IMG/VR virus record: IMGVR_UViG_3300033076_001338
Coordinates: 1-32,532 of that record
DNA: 32,532 bases
Strand: one strand, 5' to 3'
Source of the DNA: a virus
Taxonomy: Duplodnaviria; Caudoviricetes
A program made the translations under genes and the position numbers. The notes under the pieces are model-generated. The model had not been told where the DNA came from, did no database searches, and worked only from the letters and a program-made list of their open reading frames with translations. Below, one piece after another: positions 1 to 8,251 of this stretch. Position 1 is the first letter of the stretch. Each line of letters opens with the position of its first letter.

Positions 1-312
1 TTGGGTGTCGCCGACCCGAGGAACATTTCCTCCAAGATCCGCGAAGGTTGGGAACCTGTCAAGATGTCGGAGCACCCTGAGTTTGCGCACCAGTGTGACG
101 AGAAGCCTCGTGTACCTGGGAGCATCGAAGTCGGTGGTCTGATCCTCTGCCGAACCCCCAAAGAGTTGGTTGAACAACGGAACGCCTTCTACAACGGTCA
201 GGCAACCGGGCAGATGGAGTCTGTTGACAACACTTTCATGCGCGAGAACGATCCTCGGATGCCGTTGTTCAAGAACCGGCGTTCTGAAGTGTCGTTCGGA
301 CGCGGGCAGTAA
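1..312 (+). CDS. Conserved phage head-module protein (5'-truncated)
   Basis: Open from window start; REGWEPV and GGLILC motifs recalled from the gene preceding the capsid genes in this phage type. Confidence 0.75.
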   Translation: MGVADPRNISSKIREGWEPVKMSEHPEFAHQCDEKPRVPGSIEVGGLILCRTPKELVEQRNAFYNGQATGQMESVDNTFMRENDPRMPLFKNRRSEVSFGRGQ

Positions 313-326
313 TCAAGGAGTCTTAA

Positions 327-1169
327 ATGGCTTACCCGACTGTTGACAGGCCCTACGGGCTTCGTCCGATCAATCTGATCGGCGGTCAGCCGTTCGCGGG
401 TTCCACCCGTGAACTACCCATTCAGTACGCGTACGCGACGGACATCTTCTACGGTGACTTCGTCGTGCTGTCGCGGGGTTTCGTTACCCGGGCGTCGGTT
501 TCAACCGGCACCGGCGTGAACCAAGTGACGGGCATCTTCGTCGGATGCACCTACACCGACCCCGTGACCAAGCAGAAGCGCTTCAGCCAGTACTGGCCCG
601 CTTCGACGCTGGCCGGCGACGCCCAGGCGTATGTGGTCGATGACCCGGACACCGTGTTCCGAGTCGCCGTCTGCTCGTCCGGCACAACGATGGCTTCGGG
701 CGCGGTTGCGATGATCGGCACCAACCTGTCGATGATCAACAACACCGGCAGCACGGCCACCGGCAACTCGGCCAACGCGATTCTGGCCCCGACCGACACG
801 CCCGTCACGACGATCCTTCCGGTTCGTTGCGTGGATGTGGTTCCTGACACGGCCTACAGCTTCACGGCTACCGGCTCGTCGTCTGGCTCCACCCTCACGC
901 TGGCCTCTCCAGGCGCTCCGCAAGCGATCCCGGTCGGCACCAGCGTGGCGTATCTGGCTCCGAACGGCCAGATCATCGAGACGTCTTCGTTCGTGGATAC
1001 GGCGGCTTCTGCCGGCGCAACGTCGATTTCGCTGAATTTGGCCATCGCGGTCCCGGGCGGCGTTACGGCGATCCCGTCGTCTTCGACGATCATCTTCACC
1101 GTGTACCCGGAAATCCTGGTCAAGGTGAATCTGCTGATCCACGGCTACTACAGCAGCGCCACCGCCTAA
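327..1169 (+). CDS. Putative capsid decoration / minor capsid protein
   Basis: AGGAG RBS; beta-rich Thr/Ser/Ala/Gly protein with PYGLRP and VVDDPD motifs; directly upstream of the MCP. Confidence 0.65.
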   Translation: MAYPTVDRPYGLRPINLIGGQPFAGSTRELPIQYAYATDIFYGDFVVLSRGFVTRASVSTGTGVNQVTGIFVGCTYTDPVTKQKRFSQYWPASTLAGDAQAYVVDDPDTVFRVAVCSSGTTMASGAVAMIGTNLSMINNTGSTATGNSANAILAPTDTPVTTILPVRCVDVVPDTAYSFTATGSSSGSTLTLASPGAPQAIPVGTSVAYLAPNGQIIETSSFVDTAASAGATSISLNLAIAVPGGVTAIPSSSTIIFTVYPEILVKVNLLIHGYYSSATA

Positions 1170-1181
1170 GGAGCATCCATC

Positions 1182-2090
1182 ATGGCAATTTCTCGTGCCC
1201 AACTACTCAAGGAACTGCTCCCTGGTCTGAACGCCCTGTTCGGCCTGGAGTACAAGCGCTACGGCGAAGAGCACAAGGAGATCTACGAGACGGAGACCTC
1301 CGAGCGTTCGTTCGAAGAGGAGACCAAGCTCTCCGGCTTCAGCGCCGCCCCGGTGAAGAACGAAGGTTCGGCCATCTCCTACGACAACGCGCAGGAAGCC
1401 TGGACCGCTCGTTACAACCACGAGACCATCGCTATGGGCTTCTCCATCACCGAAGAAGCGATGGAAGACAACCTGTACGACAGTCTCTCGGCGCGCTACA
1501 CCAAGGCCCTCGCCCGGGCCATGGCGTACACGAAGCAGGTCAAGGCCGCTGCCATCCTGAACAACGGTTTCTCCAGCGCCGTGACCTACGGCGACGGTCA
1601 GCCGCTGTTCAGCACCGCGCACCCGCTGGTGTCTGGTGGTGTCAACAGCAACCGTCCCTCGACGAACGCTGACCTGAACGAGACCTCGCTCGAAGCAGCG
1701 GTCATCCAGATCGCTGGGTGGACCGACGAGCGCGGCCTCCTGATCGCGGCTCGCCCCCGCAAGCTGATCGTGCCCCCGGCGCTTCAGTTCGTTGCCACCC
1801 GTCTGTTGGAGACCAACCTCCGTGTTGGTACCGCCGACAACGACATCAACGCCCTGAAGAACAACGGGTCGGTGCCGGAAGGCTACACGATCAACCACTG
1901 GCTGACGGACACGAACGCGTGGTTCCTGACCACGGACGTTCCCAACGGCCTGAAGCACTTCGTGCGGGTTCCGCTGGCCACCTCGATGGACACGGACTTC
2001 GACACGGGCAACAGCCGGTACAAGGCCCGCGAGCGTTACAGCTTCGGCGTCTCGGACCCGCTGGGCGCGTTCGGTTCGCCGGGCGCCTGA
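1182..2090 (+). CDS. Major capsid protein, Mu gpT-like (HK97 fold)
   Basis: MAISRAQLLKELLPGLNALFGLEY...EDNLYDSLSARYTKALARAM...RYKARERYSFG recognised as this MCP family; strong RBS, biased codons, followed by a terminator. Confidence 0.92.
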   Translation: MAISRAQLLKELLPGLNALFGLEYKRYGEEHKEIYETETSERSFEEETKLSGFSAAPVKNEGSAISYDNAQEAWTARYNHETIAMGFSITEEAMEDNLYDSLSARYTKALARAMAYTKQVKAAAILNNGFSSAVTYGDGQPLFSTAHPLVSGGVNSNRPSTNADLNETSLEAAVIQIAGWTDERGLLIAARPRKLIVPPALQFVATRLLETNLRVGTADNDINALKNNGSVPEGYTINHWLTDTNAWFLTTDVPNGLKHFVRVPLATSMDTDFDTGNSRYKARERYSFGVSDPLGAFGSPGA

Positions 2091-2110
2091 TACCCAGGCT
2101 TCCTGTCTCC

Positions 2111-2139
2111 AAGGCCCGCTTCGGCGGGCCTTTTCTTTT
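2111..2139 (+). terminator. Rho-independent terminator after MCP
   Basis: AAGGCCCGC-TTCG-GCGGGCCTT stem with cUUCGg tetraloop followed by TTCTTTT. Confidence 0.9.
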
Positions 2140-2185
2140 GCCTGGGAGTGTGCTAGGCTTCGCCTAGACCGCCCACATTGGGCTT

Positions 2186-2244
2186 CCGGGCACCACGACC
2201 GGCCTATCGACTGTCCCGGCAGACTCCTCCTCAAGACGATAGGC
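2186..2244 (+). ncRNA. Structured RNA candidate, Mu-gpT-DE-like
   Basis: GCCTATCG (2202-2209) pairs with CGATAGGC (2237-2244); CCGGG (2186-2190) pairs with CCCGG (2215-2219), giving a pseudoknot; location downstream of a gpT-like MCP matches the described motif context. Confidence 0.55.
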
Positions 2245-2260
2245 ACCACCGAGGAACACC

Positions 2261-2716
2261 ATGGGTTTCACCACCTTCTCCGGCCCGCTCCGTGCAGGCA
2301 CGCAACGCTACGGCGCCGCCGAAAACACCGGCCTTGTGGTTCTCGGCCAATCGGCTGCCGTGACCTCCGCTGATGCCGCTGCTTCGGTGGCGTGCATCCT
2401 TCCCGCCGGTTCGCAGATCGTCAGCATCACGCTGCAGCAATCGACGACGTTTACGTCGGGCTCGTCTGGCACATTCACCGTGCTGCTTGGTGGCACCCAG
2501 ATCGGCCAGTTGGCCATCACGACGGGTACGGCGGGCAATCTCGCCATCACACCCGCTTCTGGTGCGCAAGCCGCGCTGTTCAGCAACGTGGGCTCCACGG
2601 ATGCGACGATCACGTACACGTCCGCCACGCTGAATGCTGGCGCGGGCACGCTGCTGATCACGTACATCCAGCGCGCATCTGACGGTTCGCAGAACCCGAC
2701 CGCCTTCCAGAACTGA
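2261..2716 (+). CDS. Virion structural protein (putative head-associated)
   Basis: GAGG RBS; N-terminal TTFSGP motif; beta-rich. Confidence 0.7.
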   Translation: MGFTTFSGPLRAGTQRYGAAENTGLVVLGQSAAVTSADAAASVACILPAGSQIVSITLQQSTTFTSGSSGTFTVLLGGTQIGQLAITTGTAGNLAITPASGAQAALFSNVGSTDATITYTSATLNAGAGTLLITYIQRASDGSQNPTAFQN

Positions 2717-2720
2717 GTCC

Positions 2721-2750
2721 AGCCCCGCTGCGGCGGGGCTTCCTCTATCT
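2721..2750 (+). terminator. GC-rich hairpin, weak terminator or processing signal
   Basis: AGCCCCGC-TGCG-GCGGGGCT right after stop; poor U-tract. Confidence 0.45.
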
Positions 2751-2764
2751 AAGGGGTCAAGAGC

Positions 2765-3046
2765 ATGATGCAAACTGATGTCAAGATGGGCACGGTTGGC
2801 GCGGCTGCGTCCGCGTCCATTTACGGCGCTCGCACCCGGATCAAGGCCATCGCCATGACGTTTACCGCGTCGGCAGGTGCTTTGACCATCACGGATGGAA
2901 ACGGTGGCGCCACGTTGTTCTCGTTTACACCTGCGGCTGCTGCAGGATCGCTGTACATGCTGCTGCCTGGGGAAGGAATCCTGGCGCAGACGGGCGTGTA
3001 CGCAACTACCGGCACCGGGACAACCGCAACGGTGTTCTATGGCTAA
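2765..3046 (+). CDS. Small virion structural protein
   Basis: 93 aa beta-rich protein, LPGEGIL motif; overlaps next gene. Confidence 0.7.
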   Translation: MMQTDVKMGTVGAAASASIYGARTRIKAIAMTFTASAGALTITDGNGGATLFSFTPAAAAGSLYMLLPGEGILAQTGVYATTGTGTTATVFYG

Positions 3047-3293
3047 GACCCCCGCTTGGCAGCGCAAGGAAGGCAAGTCCGAGAAGGGCGGGTTGAACGC
3101 CAAGGGCCGTGCGTCTTACAACGCTGCCAACCCCGGCAAGCCTGGGCTCAAAGCCCCGCAACCGGAAGGCGGACCTCGTAGGGACAGCTTCTGTGCCCGG
3201 ATGAAAGGCATGAAGAAGAAGCTCACCTCGGCCAAGACGGCCAACGATCCGAACTCCCGTATCAACAAATCACTGAGGGCGTGGAATTGCTGA
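3039..3293 (+). CDS. Small basic protein, DUF6321-like
   Basis: Likely true start ATG 3039 (MAKTPAWQRKEGK...RRDSFCARMKG...LRAWNC); family recalled from motif. Confidence 0.75.
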   Translation: MAKTPAWQRKEGKSEKGGLNAKGRASYNAANPGKPGLKAPQPEGGPRRDSFCARMKGMKKKLTSAKTANDPNSRINKSLRAWNC

Positions 3294-3294
3294 T

Positions 3295-3546
3295 ATGGAA
3301 GCGACGTTTGTTTGGAACACCGTTTTGACGTTGCTGATTGGCGTTGTAGGGTTCTTCATGGCCTCCAAGTTCAAAGAACTCGACCGCATCAGCATCCTGC
3401 TGAATCGTACTCGGGAAGAGGTTGCGCGAGACCACATCACCAGGACGGAGTTCCGGCAAGACATGAAGGAGTTGATCGAGCGCTTTGACCGGATCGAAGC
3501 CAAGATCGACAATCTGAAGGGTCGCCAAGGTGCCGTACAAATCTGA
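3295..3546 (+). CDS. Membrane-anchored coiled-coil protein
   Basis: N-terminal hydrophobic helix then heptad pattern (FDRIEAKIDNL). Confidence 0.7.
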   Translation: MEATFVWNTVLTLLIGVVGFFMASKFKELDRISILLNRTREEVARDHITRTEFRQDMKELIERFDRIEAKIDNLKGRQGAVQI

Positions 3547-3859
3547 GTCTCAGGCTCGCTTGATGCGGGCGGTTGCACACAGCCCCTCCTTTGCCAAGAA
3601 GGTGGGCATTTCCCAGGCCGTTGGCCGGAAGTTTGAATCCCACAAGGCCGAAGGAGGCCCGACCATGAAGAAAGAGTCCCCCGCGATGATGAAGAAGGAG
3701 GTGGCCTTCATGAAGAAGAAGGGCGCCCCCAAGGCCATGATCAAGCATGAAATGGCGGAAGCCAAGGGCAAGCCGTTTGCCAAGGGTGGCGGCGTCGAGC
3801 GCAAGGGCAAGGCCCCGGCCAAGATGGTCAAGATGATGGGCGGCGGAAGCTGCAAGTAA
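3530..3859 (+). CDS. Lys/Met-rich basic protein (putative internal head protein)
   Basis: Coding-like codon bias; AEGG, FAKGG and MMGGG motifs. Confidence 0.75.
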   Translation: MPYKSESQARLMRAVAHSPSFAKKVGISQAVGRKFESHKAEGGPTMKKESPAMMKKEVAFMKKKGAPKAMIKHEMAEAKGKPFAKGGGVERKGKAPAKMVKMMGGGSCK

Positions 3860-3866
3860 GGAGCGA

Positions 3867-4130
3867 ATGATGGCAACGCAAAATCCCACGAAGGCTCCGG
3901 CCCCCGCTCCGGCAATTCCGGCTGCGGCACGGATGGCCATGGAATCGGCGGCGAAGCAGAAGGCCAGCGATGCGGCGGAGAAGCACTTCCCCAAGAACAT
4001 CGACCCGGAAGGCATGCTGCCGCCGAAGAAGAAGGCCAAGGGTGGCATGACCAAGGCGTACGCCAAGGGCGGCGTCACGCGTGCCGACGGCTGTGTGACC
4101 AAAGGCCACACCAAGGGCAGGATGGTCTGA
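3867..4130 (+). CDS. Small basic protein with paired AKGG motifs
   Basis: AGGAG RBS; ends KAKGGMTKAYAKGGVTRADGCVTKGHTKGRMV. Confidence 0.75.
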   Translation: MMATQNPTKAPAPAPAIPAAARMAMESAAKQKASDAAEKHFPKNIDPEGMLPPKKKAKGGMTKAYAKGGVTRADGCVTKGHTKGRMV

Positions 4131-4131
4131 A

Positions 4132-4869
4132 ATGGCCAGCCGCGACGCCGATGACTACGAAGACCGGGTAGCGCGAACTGCCAAGCGCTACGCGGCTGAA
4201 CAGGCGTTTTTCGATGCGAAAGACGCTCAAGCCGCGCGTGAAAAAGCGGCAAGAGATACCGCGGCGGCTGAAGCAGAAGCCGCTGCAGGAACGGCGGTCG
4301 CACGGGCGCGACAGGCGCAACGGCCTGTCGTCAGGACCAAGTACACCGGCCCGGACCCTGATCGTGCCAGTCGCGGCAACTTCGTCAGCAAGGAAGAGCT
4401 TGCCGACTTCCAGCGCAAGAACCCCGGCGCCACGTTGCGCGACCTGCTCAACGCAGATCGCGGCTTGACGCGCCGTGGAGCGCCTTCGGCTCCGCCCCCG
4501 CCTGCTGATGAGGTACCCGCGCTGTTCAAGTCGTCGAAAGCGGCCCCCGAAGATGCGCTGACGCGCATCGCAGGGCGACAGCCTTCCAAGAGTCCTGAGC
4601 AGCTACGCGACGAGGCCAAGAACGCCACGCTGGCGGCGCTCAGCCTCCTTGGAGGGATGGGGGCCAACGTGGCCGGTCGTGCGGTTGCAGGCCGCATGGC
4701 GGGGCGTGCAGCGGCCCCTACGTCGACATCGCGCGGCGCTCTGGTCCGTGAAGCGGAAGACATCCCCGCGTTCAAGAAAGGCGGCAAGGTGAAAGCCTAC
4801 GCCAAGGGCGGCAGCGTCAAGGGTTCGGGCTGCGAGCAGCGCGGCCTCAGGAAGTGCAAGGTGTACTGA
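4132..4869 (+). CDS. Ala/Arg-rich low-complexity protein with paired KGG motifs
   Basis: Starts 1 nt after previous stop; ends FKKGGKVKAYAKGGSVKGSGCEQRGLRKCKVY. Confidence 0.75.
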   Translation: MASRDADDYEDRVARTAKRYAAEQAFFDAKDAQAAREKAARDTAAAEAEAAAGTAVARARQAQRPVVRTKYTGPDPDRASRGNFVSKEELADFQRKNPGATLRDLLNADRGLTRRGAPSAPPPPADEVPALFKSSKAAPEDALTRIAGRQPSKSPEQLRDEAKNATLAALSLLGGMGANVAGRAVAGRMAGRAAAPTSTSRGALVREAEDIPAFKKGGKVKAYAKGGSVKGSGCEQRGLRKCKVY

Positions 4870-5147
4870 TGCGAACCTCACGCGGGATGGGCGCCATCCG
4901 CCCGGAGCTGAAGAAGCCAAAGGTCATCCGCCGCAAGGACGGGGACAAGGTGGATCTGTACGCCAAGGGTGGCGAAACCCGCGTGAACGAAGCAGGCAAC
5001 TACACCAAGCCTGGGATGCGCAAGGCGCTGTTCGAGCGCATCAAGGGGCAGGCGACGCAAGGCACTGCTGCAGGGCAGTGGAGCGCACGCAAGGCGCAGC
5101 TTCTGGCGAAGCAGTACAAGGCCAAGGGCGGCGGGTACAAGGACTGA
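4869..5147 (+). CDS. Basic protein, DUF5872-like N-terminal half
   Basis: TGATG overlap gives start at 4869; NYTKP...GQWSARKAQLLAKQYKAKGGGYK motif. Confidence 0.75.
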   Translation: MRTSRGMGAIRPELKKPKVIRRKDGDKVDLYAKGGETRVNEAGNYTKPGMRKALFERIKGQATQGTAAGQWSARKAQLLAKQYKAKGGGYKD

Positions 5148-5148
5148 C

Positions 5149-5382
5149 ATGAAGTCCCCACAGCAGTCCTTGAAGGACTGGACCGCACAGAAGTGGCGGA
5201 CCAAGTCCGGGAAACGCTCCTCCGACACTGGGGAGCGCTACCTCCCTGAGGCTGCGATAAAGTCGCTGTCCCCTTCGGAGTACGCAGCAACGACCAAGGC
5301 CAAGCGTGCCGGTAAGGCCGCAGGCAAGCAGTTCGTCAAGCAGCCCAAGGGCATCGCCCAGAAGACCGCGAGATTCAGATGA
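5149..5382 (+). CDS. Basic protein, DUF5872-like C-terminal half
   Basis: QQSLKDWTAQKWRTKSGK...ERYLPE...GKQFVKQP motif. Confidence 0.75.
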   Translation: MKSPQQSLKDWTAQKWRTKSGKRSSDTGERYLPEAAIKSLSPSEYAATTKAKRAGKAAGKQFVKQPKGIAQKTARFR

Positions 5383-6119
5383 CCACCTCAGGGACCACCA
5401 CGTTCAACCTCGACCTCAACGATGCGGTCGAGGAGGCGTTCGAGCGCTGCGGGGCGGAGCTTCGCACGGGCTATGACCTGCGCACGGCGCGGCGGTCCCT
5501 GAACCTGCTGTTCGCTGACTGGGCGAACCGGGGCGTCAACATGTGGACCTTCAACCAGGGCACGATCCCCCTGGTGCAAGGGACCAACACCTACACACTG
5601 CCGTCAGACACCGTTGACCTCCTGGAGCATGTCATCCGCACGGGCGCGGGCAACGTCTCGACACAGGTCGACCTGACCATCACGCGCATCAGCGTGAGCA
5701 CCTACGCCTCCATCCCGAACAAGCTCCAGCAGGCGCGGCCCATCCAGGTGCTGGTGAACCGGAACTCCGGGGCGGCGTACCCTGCGGGGAGCAGCTACTC
5801 CCCCAGCGCCACAGCGTTGCCGAGCATCACTGTCTGGCCGACGCCTGATCAGACGGGCGTGTACCAGTTCGTGTACTGGTACTTGCGGCGCATCCAAGAC
5901 GCTGGTGCTGGCGGCGAAGCCACGCAGGACATCCCCTTCCGATTCCTGCCCTGCCTCGTGTCTGGGCTGGCGTACTACCTGTCGATGAAGATCCCTGGCG
6001 CTATGGAGCGCATGCAGGTTCTGAAGGCACAGTACGACGAAGATTGGCAGCGTGCTTCGGAAGAAGACCGTGAGAAGGCTGCGGTACGGTTCGTGCCGCG
6101 TCAGATGTTCATAAGCTGA
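5379..6119 (+). CDS. Putative head-tail adaptor protein
   Basis: ATGA overlap; EEAFERCG...ARRSLNLLF...VWPTPD...PFRFLPCLVSGLAYYL pattern recalled from podophage adaptors. Confidence 0.65.
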   Translation: MTTSGTTTFNLDLNDAVEEAFERCGAELRTGYDLRTARRSLNLLFADWANRGVNMWTFNQGTIPLVQGTNTYTLPSDTVDLLEHVIRTGAGNVSTQVDLTITRISVSTYASIPNKLQQARPIQVLVNRNSGAAYPAGSSYSPSATALPSITVWPTPDQTGVYQFVYWYLRRIQDAGAGGEATQDIPFRFLPCLVSGLAYYLSMKIPGAMERMQVLKAQYDEDWQRASEEDREKAAVRFVPRQMFIS

Positions 6120-6120
6120 C

Positions 6121-7209
6121 ATGGCAAACCGCTTTGCAAACGGCGCAAGGGCATTCGGCTTCTGCGATGTCTGCGGGTTTCGCTTCGACCTGAAGAAGCT
6201 CAAGAACCTCGTCGTCAAGACCAAGCAGACGCAGATCAAGGCGTGCCCGCAGTGCTGGACGCCAGATCACCCACAACTGCAGCTTGGCATGTACCCTGTG
6301 GCAGATCCACAGGCTATTCGAGATCCTCGGCCTGACACCAATACGTGGTACCAGTCTGGCACCAACGGTCTCCAAACGGACCCTGTTTCCGGTACCGGCC
6401 CGCTGCAGGAAGGCTACCCCGGCGAGGGCATGCTGGTCATCCAGTGGGGGTGGAACCCTATTGGCGGCTCGCAGAGTTTCGATGCCGCGCTCACGCCCAA
6501 CACCTTGGTTGGCGTGGGCGAAGTCGGGACGGCAATCGTAGCAAATTCGAGTGCCCCTGCAGCGGATCCATACTTTGCCAACGTGAAGTTGCTGTTGCAC
6601 ATGGACGGCACCAGCGGAGCTACCACGTTTGTGGACAACTCTCCGGTCAACTACACAATGACGGCGTTTGGCAACGCGCAGGTCAACACCGCGATTGTCA
6701 AATTTGGCACCGGAAGTTTGATTTCCGATGGCGCCGGAGACTATTTACAAACAAACTATCCGGTAAAAGGCTTCATATCGGCGACAGCGGCCACCCCATG
6801 GACGGCAGAGCTTTGGGTATACAGCGCCGTTCCGGCCGGCATTCGGTGGAATAGCACCGCAGCCAGCCAATTTTCTCTTGGTATTTCAGACGGCATCACA
6901 TCCGCGGACTATTTGTTGGCGCCAATAACCGGCCAGAACTTGAGTCCGCTCAATACGTACGCAATCGGTACGGCGGCATGGAATTTTATTGCCGTTGTCA
7001 ACGATCCGGCTACAAGCGCCATGCGGCTATACATCAACGGTGTAGAAACGGCGAATCAAGGAAATAAGCCCATGACCACCATGGCGCGTATTTCTGGCCC
7101 GTCGACAACATCTTTTAATGGCTACATCGACGAAGTTCGGATCACGGTAGGTGTGGCACGTTACACAGGCAACTTCACCCCGCCGACTTCGGCCTTTCCC
7201 AACTACTGA
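6121..7209 (+). CDS. CxxC...CxxC protein fused to a LamG/concanavalin-A-like domain
   Basis: CDVC and CPQC at the N-terminus; C-terminal DPYFANVKLLLHMDG...FNGYIDEVRITVGVARY is a typical phage LamG-like domain. Confidence 0.75.
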   Translation: MANRFANGARAFGFCDVCGFRFDLKKLKNLVVKTKQTQIKACPQCWTPDHPQLQLGMYPVADPQAIRDPRPDTNTWYQSGTNGLQTDPVSGTGPLQEGYPGEGMLVIQWGWNPIGGSQSFDAALTPNTLVGVGEVGTAIVANSSAPAADPYFANVKLLLHMDGTSGATTFVDNSPVNYTMTAFGNAQVNTAIVKFGTGSLISDGAGDYLQTNYPVKGFISATAATPWTAELWVYSAVPAGIRWNSTAASQFSLGISDGITSADYLLAPITGQNLSPLNTYAIGTAAWNFIAVVNDPATSAMRLYINGVETANQGNKPMTTMARISGPSTTSFNGYIDEVRITVGVARYTGNFTPPTSAFPNY

Positions 7210-7245
7210 TCTGCCGGTATGATCCGGTTCAACCAAGGAGAGAAC

Positions 7246-7422
7246 ATGAAAGCTGTGACCCCCAAGGAAGCGGTTCACGCGCATGAGCGGGCGAAGCACA
7301 AGGGCCAACCCCTGACCAAGCTCGCCAAGGGCGGCGTGACCAATGATATGCTCATGAAGATGGGCCGCAACATGGCGCGTGTGGCCAACCAGGGCCCGGT
7401 CGGGCGCAAGGGGAAGAAGTGA
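7246..7422 (+). CDS. Small basic protein with LAKGG motif
   Basis: AGGAG RBS favours ATG 7246 over 7219. Confidence 0.7.
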   Translation: MKAVTPKEAVHAHERAKHKGQPLTKLAKGGVTNDMLMKMGRNMARVANQGPVGRKGKK

Positions 7423-7601
7423 TGATGAAGGCCAAGCCTGTGCAGATTCCGGCCCTGCTGAAGGGTACGCGGATGCCCACGCGGGTATCCGTTGGGACGG
7501 AGTCCTCTGCTGAGCAGCCTGGGGTGAAGACCTCGGGCATCAAGACGCGCGGCAACGGCGCAGCCACCAAGGGCACGATGGCCCGGGGACCGATGGCGTG
7601 A
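7419..7601 (+). CDS. Small basic protein
   Basis: Overlaps both neighbours; ends RGNGAATKGTMARGPMA; start may be ATG 7422. Confidence 0.7.
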   Translation: MMMKAKPVQIPALLKGTRMPTRVSVGTESSAEQPGVKTSGIKTRGNGAATKGTMARGPMA

Positions 7602-8251
7602 ACTACACCGAACTGAAGACCGCTGTTCAGGATTACGTCGAGAACACGTTCTCTGACGCTGACTTCGCCACGATGACAGATCTGGCGGAGCAGAAGATCT
7701 ACAACACGGTGCAGCTTCCAGCGCTGCGCAAGAACGTCACGGGCGTGCTGAGTGCGGGCAACCAGTACTTGGCCACGCCCAACGACTTCCTGTCGGTCTT
7801 CAGTTTGGCGGTTTTCCCCACGGGCGGTGGCGCGTACACGTACCTGCTCAACAAGGATGTCAACTTCATCCGCGAGAGCTATCCGAACCCCACGTCGACA
7901 GGCGTGCCGAAGTACTACGCTATCTTCGGCCCGGTGTACAACCTGCCCACGGAGTTGACGTTCATCCTTGGTCCGACGCCTGTCGCAGGGTACACGGCGG
8001 AACTGCACTACTTCTACTACCCCGAGAGCATTGTCACGGCAGGTACATCCTGGCTCGGCGACAATTTTGACAGCGTGCTCGTCAACGCGATCTTGGTGGA
8101 AGCTGCCCGGTTCATGAAGGCGGAACAGGACATCGTGCAGTTGTACACGAGCCAGTTCAATGACTCCATCCTGCTGCTGAAGAACCTGGGCGACGGCAAG
8201 AACCGTATGGACGCCTACCGCAGCGGACAGGTAAGGAACCCGGTGAAGTAA
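7598..8251 (+). CDS. Second adaptor-like / neck protein
   Basis: GTGA overlap; MNYTELKTAVQDY...PKYYA...LGPTP...ELHYFYYPESI. Confidence 0.6.
   Translation: MNYTELKTAVQDYVENTFSDADFATMTDLAEQKIYNTVQLPALRKNVTGVLSAGNQYLATPNDFLSVFSLAVFPTGGGAYTYLLNKDVNFIRESYPNPTSTGVPKYYAIFGPVYNLPTELTFILGPTPVAGYTAELHYFYYPESIVTAGTSWLGDNFDSVLVNAILVEAARFMKAEQDIVQLYTSQFNDSILLLKNLGDGKNRMDAYRSGQVRNPVK

Noticed and set aside
7195-7227. Promoter around CCGG-TATGAT-CCGG before gene 7246
   Set aside because: A -10-like hexamer is present but there is no convincing -35 or TG extension; too weak to call
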